Below, one piece after another: positions 18,601-27,389 of a DNA stretch of 64,000 bases (positions within the stretch are counted from its first letter, which is position 1; the number at the start of each line of letters is the position of its first letter). The notes beneath the pieces are model-generated. The model worked only from the letters and a program-made list of their open reading frames with translations. It was not told the origin of the DNA and did no database searches. Source of the DNA: Oceanispirochaeta sp. (GTDB lineage Bacteria > Spirochaetota > Spirochaetia > DSM-2461); contig CAXXXD010000004.1 in assembly GCA_963663385.2 (NCBI GenBank), forward strand, positions 608,001 through 672,000, written 5' to 3'. The position numbers were made by a program, and so were the translations under genes.

Positions 18601-21472
18601 ACCGCATTTACCAACACATTTTGGATTCTACGATTTAAAATTGGTAGAAAATATTGAAAAGCAGTTCAGTTTAGCAAAAAAATTTGGAATTTATGGATTC
18701 TGTTTTCATCACTATTATTTTGCGGGTAAAAGATTGATGGAAAAACCTGTAGATAATATTCTAAATAATCCACAAATTGATATAAACTATTGCTTATGTT
18801 GGGCTAATGAAAATTGGACTAGAACATGGGATGGTTTTGAAAATGATGTTTTAATAAAGCAGGAACATTCTGATGAAGATGATATAAGATTTATAGAAGA
18901 TATTGAAAAATATTTTTTGGATAGAAGATATATACGAGTTGATAATAAGCCTATGTTGGTAATATATAGAGCGGATATATTTCCAAATATAAATAAAACG
19001 TTAAAGCGTTGGAGAAGATACTGGAAAAATAAACATAATCAAGATTTGCATATTGTTATGGCACAAACCTTTGGACTCTGGGATCCTAGGGAATATGGTT
19101 TTGATGCAGCAGTCCAATTTCCCCCTCATAATATTGCTGCAAAAGATCTGTCCTCTGATATAGGTCTCTATGAGGATTTTAAAGGAAAGGTATATAGCTA
19201 TGAAGACTTTGCTTTAAAGTCAATATCCTTAGAGACAAAGGATTATGAATTGTATAAAACGGTAATGCCAAGTTGGGATAATACAGCCAGAAGAGATAAT
19301 GAAAGTACAATCTTTTATGGAAGCACTCCTGATAAATTCAATTATTGGTTAAATGAAACAATAAAGTATACTAAGAAGAACTTAGAGTATAATAATAGAT
19401 TTCTATTTGTAAATGCATGGAATGAATGGGCAGAAGGTGCACATTTAGAACCATGTATAAAATATGGTTATTCTTTTTTAAATAAAATTGGAAATACTAA
19501 GTACTTAGAGAATAAATTCAAAATCTCAATTATCGTACCAAATTATAATCATAGTAACTATCTTACTAAAAGATTAGATAGTATATTTAACCAGGACTAT
19601 TTAAACTATGAAGTAATTTTGTTAGATGATAACTCAACTGATGATAGTCAAAAAATACTCAATTTGTATAATGAAAAATTCAAGAATTGTAAATTAATAA
19701 TTAATAATAAAAACTCAGGAGGTGTTTTTAAACAGTGGAAGAAAGGTATTGAAGCAGCCAATGGTGATTTAATTTGGATAGCTGAAAGCGATGATTATTG
19801 TGATCATGACTTTATTTCTAAATTAGTTAAAGCCTTTGACGATCCAAGTGTAATGTTATCATATTCAAACACTATTTTTATTGATAAAGAGGGTCAAGAA
19901 GATTTGGGATATTCATTTAATGACTATATCTCAATGTTTAAAAATAATAAGTGGAAGACTTCATATATAAATAGTTCTTATAAAGAAGTAAAAGAAAACC
20001 TTGGAATTATTAATACAATCCCTAATGCAAGTAGTGTAATATTTAGGAATCCTAAAAACATGGATTTTATAAACAGTAAAGAATGGACAAATATGAAAGT
20101 TGTTGGTGATTGGTATTTGTATTTAAATGTTATTATGGGTGGTAAAATAGCATTTATATCTGATACTAATAATTACTATAGAAGATATAGTAATAATACA
20201 TCTTCACAAATGTATTATAAAAAAGATTTTTATCAGGAAATTAAAGTAATTTATTCTCTTTTATATAATAAGTATAATATAAGCGATAAAACAATTAATA
20301 AAAGTATTGATTATTTTTATGAATTAGCCTCGAAAAAACAGAATCTTAATAAAAATGATTTCTATAATTCTATGCGTCTAAAAACCGAAAAAAATTATAT
20401 GTCGATAATGATTTCATTTTTTGGATTCTATAACGGTGGTGCGGAATTATTTCCAATTCATTTAGCAAATTATTTTAAAAAAATTGGTATTCCTGTAATT
20501 TTACATAGTTGTAATGGATGTATTCCTATGGAGAATGTAAAAGACAATATCGATCCATCAGTACCATATTTTGAATCTAAAAATGTCAATGAAATTGAAA
20601 AAGTAATAAATGATAATAATGTTACAATATTAAATTCACATCATTGGGAATTCCAAAAATTATTAGTCGATTGGGACGTTGGAGATATAAATCATATTGC
20701 TACACTTCATGGTATATTAGAGAATGAAGATAGTGGATATAATATTAATAAGAAAGATCTTTATTCAGTTGATAAAAAAGTAAATAAGTGGATTTATACA
20801 GCTGATAAGAATATCATTAAATTTAATGATTATAAAATATTCAATGAAAAAAAATTTGTAAAAATTATAAATGGAGTTAATAATAAATTAGAAAAAAATA
20901 TATCTCGCGAATCATTAAATATTCCTGACGATTCATTTGTGTTTTGTATTGTCTCGAGAGCTATAATTGAAAAAGGATGGAATCAATCTATCGAAATAAT
21001 TAGAAGATGTCGTGAAAAATCAAATAATGATATACATTTAATACTGGTTGGTGATGGGGAAGTATATGAAAATCTTAAGGATTCAAATAATGAAAAATAT
21101 GTACATTTAATTGGATATGATTCAAGAGCTAATGATTATTACAATATAAGTGATATGGGAATGCTATTATCAAATTTCAAATCTGAAAGCTTTCCATTAA
21201 CTATTTTAAATTGTTTATCTGTGCAAAAGCCATTTTTTTCAACTAATATAGGTGAAATAAAAAAAATACTATCAGTTGATAATGAGATTGCCGGAAAAGT
21301 TGTTGATTTAAACTCATTTGAAATTGATATTGATTTAGCGACTAATGTGATTCTAAATAGTATTTTAAATAAAAATAAGTATAACAGAATGTTAGAAAAT
21401 GCAAAAAGATTATCTGAAAAATATTCAATAGATAATGTTGGCAAAATGTATATAGAAGAATTTATGAGATAG
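15692..21472 (+). CDS. 1926-aa multidomain glycan protein: sulfotransferase-like – beta domain – coiled coil – FDxxxY repeats – WbsX/GH99-like – GT2 – GT4-like
   Basis: ILGMHRSGTS/WGFKDPR; long K/E/N heptad region ending in KSWKLTKGLR; FYLPQFH..EN.EWWGKGFNEWTNV..NAWNEWAEG; IIVPNYNH..DDNSTD; C-terminal SESFPL..STNIG. Confidence 0.85.
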   Translation: MKKEKTVNIILGMHRSGTSLLAKIINDLGVSFSENLNDFGNDYVNGYFEDNFFIDQNKKIISRVNDDVDYGFLSDIKSLSEGLNYNDLYEKLILNIKNNYKNDIIWGFKDPRTSLTYRIWESLLGSDYNIQQIYIYRNPIDVAKSIMNRDGYPISFGLLLWYYYNLSIIEVINDDCIIISYEDLISNPMPTLNELSQLYNFDITNLDSIKNNIRTKKITYDENVLYEFGTFLKLCELFQDLEDLKRNKSKDKISSIIAKHDSFKIFKELSSLNQKISYDIKNKYKKIRCQLFYDDGSGYNEEKSIIRNINNSDAILDFEINHKNKIFKIRFDPCDEPCMIEFITCYVKTLNNEYKSIIFTDTNAFKYDEKFMYFITNDPKIEFNINENIKSIHFNLKFQSIGSGVLEKIYPNFINEINEYDIDNKNFEIVSINMKKHDLKNQEEKIQYLINKFESNVFNKYERDKESMIEIVSSELNTLNKKIEEINNANHVNNEKYSIITSDYKNLQEKNITLKKKLRKLKKQNIKNQESLKNDIEKNLIYVEKLKSEIQSNSELVKNLEKEKNKNLNLIENLENRYKEKLDLIEEMKNERDRNLEDTNKLKKSNDYLRSKLDNYNLKMLEYKSSEINNKLLSVNDLFNKLDASSRIEKELLREHKNKIKAIKRYYEESKSWKLTKGLRKINGYRHFINEIKLLQKSNLFDPVYYRNQAKKNGIKVRNPYFHYLRKWSESEINPSLKFSNEIYLDNNIDIKESGRNPLIHYLRFGINEGRSIKKIDQEIVIKKNEDLTNNKIIKNDKNIIDKINIIKKSKYFDEQYYLEKNKDLEPIKDKLVEHYILYGAYEGRSPSEKFDSQYYLEKNTDIKEAGINPLWHYITSGEKEGREPLNNEINQKEKIVDTEIKCLNNIENVNDYEEMNIFPIKVRNDDTKIISFYLPQFHLFPENEEWWGKGFNEWTNVTKGNSKYDNHYQPHLPTHFGFYDLKLVENIEKQFSLAKKFGIYGFCFHHYYFAGKRLMEKPVDNILNNPQIDINYCLCWANENWTRTWDGFENDVLIKQEHSDEDDIRFIEDIEKYFLDRRYIRVDNKPMLVIYRADIFPNINKTLKRWRRYWKNKHNQDLHIVMAQTFGLWDPREYGFDAAVQFPPHNIAAKDLSSDIGLYEDFKGKVYSYEDFALKSISLETKDYELYKTVMPSWDNTARRDNESTIFYGSTPDKFNYWLNETIKYTKKNLEYNNRFLFVNAWNEWAEGAHLEPCIKYGYSFLNKIGNTKYLENKFKISIIVPNYNHSNYLTKRLDSIFNQDYLNYEVILLDDNSTDDSQKILNLYNEKFKNCKLIINNKNSGGVFKQWKKGIEAANGDLIWIAESDDYCDHDFISKLVKAFDDPSVMLSYSNTIFIDKEGQEDLGYSFNDYISMFKNNKWKTSYINSSYKEVKENLGIINTIPNASSVIFRNPKNMDFINSKEWTNMKVVGDWYLYLNVIMGGKIAFISDTNNYYRRYSNNTSSQMYYKKDFYQEIKVIYSLLYNKYNISDKTINKSIDYFYELASKKQNLNKNDFYNSMRLKTEKNYMSIMISFFGFYNGGAELFPIHLANYFKKIGIPVILHSCNGCIPMENVKDNIDPSVPYFESKNVNEIEKVINDNNVTILNSHHWEFQKLLVDWDVGDINHIATLHGILENEDSGYNINKKDLYSVDKKVNKWIYTADKNIIKFNDYKIFNEKKFVKIINGVNNKLEKNISRESLNIPDDSFVFCIVSRAIIEKGWNQSIEIIRRCREKSNNDIHLILVGDGEVYENLKDSNNEKYVHLIGYDSRANDYYNISDMGMLLSNFKSESFPLTILNCLSVQKPFFSTNIGEIKKILSVDNEIAGKVVDLNSFEIDIDLATNVILNSILNKNKYNRMLENAKRLSEKYSIDNVGKMYIEEFMR

Positions 21473-21475
21473 AAC

Positions 21476-22558
21476 ATGAGAGATAGAAAAGTTTTCATTC
21501 ATGTTGGTACAGCAAAAACAGGTACTACTACAATACAACACTTTATAAATACTAATAGAAAAATATTTGAAAATAATTCATTCTATTATCCAATGACTGG
21601 TTTAGTAGATCATTGTCATCATGGTATATCTTTTTATTGGGAAAATAATCCAATATTTAATAAAAACTTTAAAATTCAAAAAGATCAAATTGAATTATTG
21701 AGAGATGAAATTAATGCTAATAATGACAAACACATTTTAATAAGTTCTGAATGTTTTAGATTATTATCTGTAAATTGGAAAGAATTATTAAGCATATTTT
21801 TAGATAAAGAAATATATTGTATTGTTTACTTAAGAAATCAAATTGATTATTACTCATCAAAGTATATTGAGCAAATTAAAGGGAATCAAACGTATTTAGA
21901 TCCTGCTGATTGGTTAAATAGTAATTTTTACCCAAATGAATATGTTAGTTATATAAATGAGTTAAAGACTATTTTTGGTGATAAAAATATAATTGTAAAA
22001 AGCTTTAATAAAAAAGATTTTTATATGAGGAATTTATTATCGGATTTTTTATACATTTTTGATTTAGATATAAGCAATTTTGAGACAAGTAAAAATAAAC
22101 TTAATCAAAAGGTTACATTCAATACATTAATATTTAATAGATATTTGAATTATTTTTTTGATTCTGAAAATTATGCATATTTTTTAAAAAATACTCTTAC
22201 CGACTATTCTACCAAAATTGGAGTCTTTGATTCTAATGATCATGTTGATTATAGCGTTTTTTCAATAAATGAAAGAAAGAAAATATATGATCAAACTAAA
22301 GAATGCAATAATTATTTAAACAAAGAATACTTTAAAGGGAAAGTAGGATTAAATAATGTAATTAAAACTAATCAATATAGTATAGATAAGTTAATATTTG
22401 ATGAAAATAAAGCTTTTAAAATTATCGATTATATTAAAATAAATGATGAATATAATTATAATAAAATTATAGCGAGAATTAATAATTTTAATGAAAACAG
22501 CAATGCAGATATTAAGTTATTTTTTAAACAATTATTTGAAATGGGAGCTGGTAAATGA
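21476..22558 (+). CDS. Sulfotransferase-like P-loop protein
   Basis: HVGTAKTGTTTIQ, ILISSE, IVYLRNQ. Confidence 0.65.
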   Translation: MRDRKVFIHVGTAKTGTTTIQHFINTNRKIFENNSFYYPMTGLVDHCHHGISFYWENNPIFNKNFKIQKDQIELLRDEINANNDKHILISSECFRLLSVNWKELLSIFLDKEIYCIVYLRNQIDYYSSKYIEQIKGNQTYLDPADWLNSNFYPNEYVSYINELKTIFGDKNIIVKSFNKKDFYMRNLLSDFLYIFDLDISNFETSKNKLNQKVTFNTLIFNRYLNYFFDSENYAYFLKNTLTDYSTKIGVFDSNDHVDYSVFSINERKKIYDQTKECNNYLNKEYFKGKVGLNNVIKTNQYSIDKLIFDENKAFKIIDYIKINDEYNYNKIIARINNFNENSNADIKLFFKQLFEMGAGK

Positions 22559-23469
22559 AAAAGAAAATAATTGTTTTAGGTGGTAATGGATTTATAGGTC
22601 AAAGTCTTATAAAAGAATTATCGAATCTTAATTATGAGATTTTATCAATAGATATTAATGCCCCCCCAAAAATGATTACTAATGTAAATTATATTACTCA
22701 CGATTTTACAAAATTAAATGAGATAGAAAATGTATTTGAATACTGTTCTGTTATATATCATTTAGTATCAACAACAATCCCTGAAACTTCAAACAAGAAT
22801 CCTAATTTTGACATTGAATCAAATTTAATTGGTAGCATAAATCTTTTAGAAATAGCAAGAAGAAACAATACCGGTAAAATTATTTTTACATCTTCAGGTG
22901 GTACAGTTTATGGAAATCAAAGCGATTCAATTCTAAGTGAGTCTTCATTTACTAATCCAATATGTTCATATGGCATAGTAAAGCTATCAATTGAAAAATA
23001 TTTGAAAATGTATAATTACCTTTATGGTATTGATTCTTGTATATTAAGAATATCAAACCCGTACGGTTCAAATCAAATAAATACAAATCAAGGTGTAATT
23101 ACAAATTTTTGTCGTAATGCATTAAATGGTAATGAAATAACCATATGGGGTGATGGATCAATTTCAAGGGATTTTATTTATATATCTGATTTAGTTAATT
23201 TACTAATTAAGGTAAAAGATCAAAAATCAAATGCAGAAATATTTAATGTTGGAAGTGGTAGATCAACAAGTATAAATGAATTAATAAATGTTATTGAAAA
23301 TCTCTTGGGAAAAAATATACTAGTAAAATATCTCCAAGATAGAGAATTTGATCTACATACAACTAATTTTGATATCTCAAAAGTAAAAAGTGCTTTTAAT
23401 TGGAAACCTGAGATATCATTAAGTCAAGGAATTCAAAAATTATTAAATTCATTTTCAATTGAATATTAA
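22555..23469 (+). CDS. NAD-dependent epimerase/dehydratase
   Basis: GGNGFIG, SSGGTVYG, YGIVK, LRISNPYG, RDFIYISD. Confidence 0.88.
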   Translation: MKKKIIVLGGNGFIGQSLIKELSNLNYEILSIDINAPPKMITNVNYITHDFTKLNEIENVFEYCSVIYHLVSTTIPETSNKNPNFDIESNLIGSINLLEIARRNNTGKIIFTSSGGTVYGNQSDSILSESSFTNPICSYGIVKLSIEKYLKMYNYLYGIDSCILRISNPYGSNQINTNQGVITNFCRNALNGNEITIWGDGSISRDFIYISDLVNLLIKVKDQKSNAEIFNVGSGRSTSINELINVIENLLGKNILVKYLQDREFDLHTTNFDISKVKSAFNWKPEISLSQGIQKLLNSFSIEY

Positions 23470-23485
23470 TGTATAAGGAATTTGA

Positions 23486-24499
23486 ATGGAAAACATTATG
23501 TATTTACACTTTGGTACACATAAGACTGGTTCAACATCAATACAAAACTTTTTAATAAAAAACAGAAGTCAATTATTTAAAGATGATATTTTTTATCCTA
23601 CATTTAGAATTAATCATAATGATAAGTCAGTTTACTCAGGTTTGAAACATCATCAATTCGGATGGTATCTTTCTGGAAATAAGTCTTTTTCTTTTGAAAA
23701 AAGGGATATTGATATTTTTGTCAAATCTATAAATGATTCTAAAAAAAGTGTAATAGTAAGTACTGAAGTTTTAATGGAGTCTTTTAATAATAATAATTTA
23801 GATAAATTAAGAAAATATTTCCCCAAAAAAAATATAAAACCGATTGTTTATCTCAGAAGACAGGATTTATTTAAGGAGTCATGGTATTCAGAATTAGTTA
23901 CTAATAGTAACGAGAAGAGAAATATTAATGATCATGATTTCTATAACTTAAAATATTCAGAATTATTAGATCGATTGTCAGATTTGTTTGGTAGAAATAA
24001 TTTAATTGTTAGAATCTTTGACTTTGACAAATTTATTGATAGAAACCTTTATTATGATTTTTTAACAACTATATCTTTAAAAAAATTTGAAAATTATGAT
24101 TTTCCTTTAGACAGTAATATTAAAATACCATCAGAGTGTATTAAACAATTGAAGATTTTAAATAACTTTTTTTGTAAGAGTCCTGAATATAAAGAATTAA
24201 AGAAAACTATTATTAGAAATTCTCGAAGATACGCTACATTATACGATAATAGTAATTTACTATCTTATGATAATAAGAAAAGAATCTTGGATGAACTAAA
24301 AGATGATAATAACTATATTTCAGAAAAATATTTTAATAATGAAAAAATATTTAATGACGTATTAATGGATAGTTCTGAAGATAGTGTTTTTGATGATATA
24401 AAAGAGATCTCTACTGAAAGTATATTATTAACATTATTTCCAATAATTTTGGACTTAACAAAAAAAATAAACGATATAAATTGTAAGGAAATTAGATAA
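23486..24499 (+). CDS. Sulfotransferase-like P-loop protein
   Basis: [27 protein letters not shown]. Confidence 0.65.
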   Translation: MENIMYLHFGTHKTGSTSIQNFLIKNRSQLFKDDIFYPTFRINHNDKSVYSGLKHHQFGWYLSGNKSFSFEKRDIDIFVKSINDSKKSVIVSTEVLMESFNNNNLDKLRKYFPKKNIKPIVYLRRQDLFKESWYSELVTNSNEKRNINDHDFYNLKYSELLDRLSDLFGRNNLIVRIFDFDKFIDRNLYYDFLTTISLKKFENYDFPLDSNIKIPSECIKQLKILNNFFCKSPEYKELKKTIIRNSRRYATLYDNSNLLSYDNKKRILDELKDDNNYISEKYFNNEKIFNDVLMDSSEDSVFDDIKEISTESILLTLFPIILDLTKKINDINCKEIR

Positions 24500-25386
24500 T
24501 GAAAGGTATTATTTTAGCCGGAGGCTCCGGCACCCGCCTCTACCCGGCGACAAAATCAATATGCAAACAACTCCTCCCCATCCATGACAAACCAATGATC
24601 TACTACCCATTGGCCACCATCATGCTGGCAGGAATCAAAGAAGTTTTAATCATATCCACCCCCCAGGACACCCCAAGATTCGAAGATCTCTTAGGTGACG
24701 GATCCGAACTTGGCATATCATTAAGTTATGCGATACAAACAGCCCCAAGAGGCCTGGCTGAAGCCTTCATCATAGGAAAAGACTTCATCGGCAGCGACTC
24801 GGTAGCCCTGGTCCTGGGAGACAACCTTTTCTATGGTCACGATTTTGCCAAACTTGTACAAAAAACAGCAAAGCAACAAAGCGGAGCCACCGTATTCGGC
24901 TACTACGTAAACGATCCGCATCGCTATGGTGTGGCAGAATTCGACCAAACCGGAAAAGTCCTCTCCCTGGAGGAAAAACCGGAAAATCCCAAATCCAATT
25001 ACGCCGTAGTGGGCCTCTACTTCTACGACAACCAGGTAGTAGATATAGCCGCCAACCTGAAACCCTCCCCCCGGGGAGAACTGGAAATCACCGACGTCAA
25101 CAAGGAATACCTCAAAAGGGGAGAACTCAAGGTGGAACTCATGGGCAGAGGCTACGCCTGGCTGGACACCGGAACCCACCGCTCCCTGCTGGAAGCCTCC
25201 CAATACGTGGAAATCGTAGAAGCCCGCCAGGGCTATAAAATCGCCTGTATAGAAGAAATAGCCTACCGCATGGGGTTCATAGACATGGACCAGTTCAAAA
25301 AACTGGCCGACAACCTGAAAAAATCCACCTATGGCCAATACCTGCTGGACATAATCAAACAAAAAGAAGCCGCCTTCGCTATTTGA
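24499..25386 (+). CDS. rfbA: Glucose-1-phosphate thymidylyltransferase
   Basis: [47 protein letters not shown]. Confidence 0.96.
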   Translation: MKGIILAGGSGTRLYPATKSICKQLLPIHDKPMIYYPLATIMLAGIKEVLIISTPQDTPRFEDLLGDGSELGISLSYAIQTAPRGLAEAFIIGKDFIGSDSVALVLGDNLFYGHDFAKLVQKTAKQQSGATVFGYYVNDPHRYGVAEFDQTGKVLSLEEKPENPKSNYAVVGLYFYDNQVVDIAANLKPSPRGELEITDVNKEYLKRGELKVELMGRGYAWLDTGTHRSLLEASQYVEIVEARQGYKIACIEEIAYRMGFIDMDQFKKLADNLKKSTYGQYLLDIIKQKEAAFAI

Positions 25387-25390
25387 GATA

Positions 25391-25746
25391 TAAACATATC
25401 TCCCTCTCCCTCGGTTCCTGAGCGCAGCCGAAGGGGGGAGAGGCCGGTTGCATGCCTGAGCAACAAACGAAGTTTGTGGCCAAGGCCGGGGTGAGGGGGC
25501 AAAAACTTGCTCACAGCTTTCGTCACCCTCGTTTCCCCCTCCTTAGGAGGGGCCAGGGGAGGTCGAAAGGGCCGGGGTGAGGATTCAAAGTCAGCTTGCC
25601 CTTGTTGGAACTCAATAAATAAGGTCATAAGGATTCAACATATGCGTAATAAAATATTTCTAAACATTTCTCCCTCTCCCTCTGGGAGAGGCCGGTTGCA
25701 TGCCTGTGCAACAAACGAAGTTTGTGACCAAGGGCAGGGGAGAGGG
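25391..25746. repeat. Cluster of composite REP-like palindromes (CCCTCTCCC...GGGAGAG...GGGGTGAGGG family)
   Basis: Two near-identical ~85-110-nt units (25391-25499, 25661-25746) plus a related unit at 25525-25582. Confidence 0.8.
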
Positions 25747-25748
25747 TA

Positions 25749-26336
25749 ATGCCATTCCAATTCAAATCAACTCCCATCGAAGGAGTAAAAATAATCCAAC
25801 CGCGAATCTTTGCAGATCCCCGCGGTTTTTTTATGGAAACCTACAAAAAGTCCGATTTCGCAGCCGCCGGAATTCACGAAGAGTTCTGCCAGGACAACCA
25901 CTCATTCTCCTCAAAAGGAGTCCTGCGGGGAATCCACTTTCAAACCGCTCCCCATGCCCAGGGAAAACTCGTCCGCGTCATAAAAGGAGCCGTCTGGGAT
26001 GTGGCAGTAGACCTGATCCCGGGATCAAAAACCTACGGACAGCATTACGGTATAGAACTGACAGAAGAAAACGGTACTATGTTCTACATACCCCCCGGCT
26101 TCGGCCACGGCTTTCTGACCCTTCGGGATGACACGCACTTTTTGTATAAATGTACCGAAGAATACGCCCCCGAAGCCGACGGCGGCATAAAATGGGACGA
26201 CCCCGAGTTAAGCATAAAATGGCCAATAACAAATGATATGGAAATTGCCGTCTCGGAAAAAGATGCCATACTCCCCTACTTAAGAGACATTAAAAAAATA
26301 CCCCCTCTCCCTTTGGGAGAGGGGATTAAGGGGTGA
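25749..26336 (+). CDS. rfbC: dTDP-4-dehydrorhamnose 3,5-epimerase
   Basis: DPRGFFMETY, QDNHSFS.KGVLRGIHFQ, YIPPGFGHGF. Confidence 0.95.
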   Translation: MPFQFKSTPIEGVKIIQPRIFADPRGFFMETYKKSDFAAAGIHEEFCQDNHSFSSKGVLRGIHFQTAPHAQGKLVRVIKGAVWDVAVDLIPGSKTYGQHYGIELTEENGTMFYIPPGFGHGFLTLRDDTHFLYKCTEEYAPEADGGIKWDDPELSIKWPITNDMEIAVSEKDAILPYLRDIKKIPPLPLGEGIKG

Positions 26337-26486
26337 GGGTTGGCCCAAAGGGCCAATACCAGCATTGCTTACAGCACATCTCCAATAATCAACATTCCTC
26401 CCCTCACCTTAGGTGGGGGGAGACCAAGATCCCCGAAGATCCCCGAAGATCCCCGAGCGAAGCCGAGGGGTCGGGGGGCGAGGGGT
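26301..26486. repeat. Further REP-like units (26301-26340 overlapping the rfbC 3' end; 26396-26486 containing (AAGATCCCCG)3)
   Basis: cccctctccctttgggagagggg...ggggtgaggg; ccccgagcgaagccgagggg. Confidence 0.75.
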
Positions 26487-26519
26487 AAAGTGAGAGAAGA
26501 AGTAAAAGAGAGGACACAT

Positions 26520-27389
26520 ATGATCTGGATAATAGGAAATCATGGAATGCTTGGCAGGGAGCTCCAGGAATTATTGAGAAAGGAAGGCCTGGAAACCATC
26601 GGCACCGACCTGGAAGTAGATATTCTCTCCCGGCTGTCACTGGAAATACAGTTTCAAAAATGTCAGCCCGACTGGATAATCAACTGCTCCGCTTATACAG
26701 CAGTGGATAAAGCGGAAAACGACCGGGAGTATGCCTACAGAATAAACGAAGAGGGTGTGGGAAATATAGCCTGGGTGGCTCAGTCCCATAACGTTCCTCT
26801 GGTTCATATCTCTACGGACTACGTCTTTGACGGCACATCGGATATCCCCCTGACGGAATCAGCGGCCACCTCTCCCATCGGAGTTTACGGCGCCAGTAAG
26901 CTGGCCGGAGAAGAGCTGATCAGAAAAATGTGCAACAAGTACTTTATTATCCGGACCGCCTGGCTCTACGGGCAGTTCGGAACCAACTTTGTATACACCA
27001 TGCTGAACCTGATGAAAAGCAAACCGTCCCTGAAAGTAGTGAACGATCAGAAAGGGACGCCAACATGGACAAAAGATCTGTCCGGATTGATCAGCCGGAT
27101 AATCGGAAGTAATAGCAGAGACTATGGATTATACCACTTTTCGGGAGAAGGAGAGTGTTCCTGGTTTGATTTCGCATCGGAAATCTACTGTCAGGGCAGG
27201 GAAAAAGGCATGATTCAGAACGATTGTACAATCAGTCCCTGCTCCTCGGATGAGTACCCGACGGCTGCCAGAAGACCATCCTGCTCCCTTCTGTCAAAAG
27301 AAAAAGTTAAAACAAATTTTCAATTCGGCATAGCCCCCTGGGAAATATCGCTGAATCAGTTTCTGGAGGAAATAAAAGATGCCCAGTAA
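26520..27389 (+). CDS. rfbD: dTDP-4-dehydrorhamnose reductase
   Basis: GNHGMLG, AYTAVDKAE, HISTDYVFDG, YGASKLAGE; start at ATG 26520 after GAGG. Confidence 0.93.
   Translation: MIWIIGNHGMLGRELQELLRKEGLETIGTDLEVDILSRLSLEIQFQKCQPDWIINCSAYTAVDKAENDREYAYRINEEGVGNIAWVAQSHNVPLVHISTDYVFDGTSDIPLTESAATSPIGVYGASKLAGEELIRKMCNKYFIIRTAWLYGQFGTNFVYTMLNLMKSKPSLKVVNDQKGTPTWTKDLSGLISRIIGSNSRDYGLYHFSGEGECSWFDFASEIYCQGREKGMIQNDCTISPCSSDEYPTAARRPSCSLLSKEKVKTNFQFGIAPWEISLNQFLEEIKDAQ

Noticed and set aside
25391..26486. Possible CRISPR array
   Set aside because: The repeats are irregular, composite and palindromic, with no constant repeat-spacer period and no cas genes.
26340..26519. N-terminal extension of rfbD in the ORF track
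   Set aside because: It is translated repeat DNA; the real start is ATG 26520 with an RBS, matched by the start of the 30899 copy.
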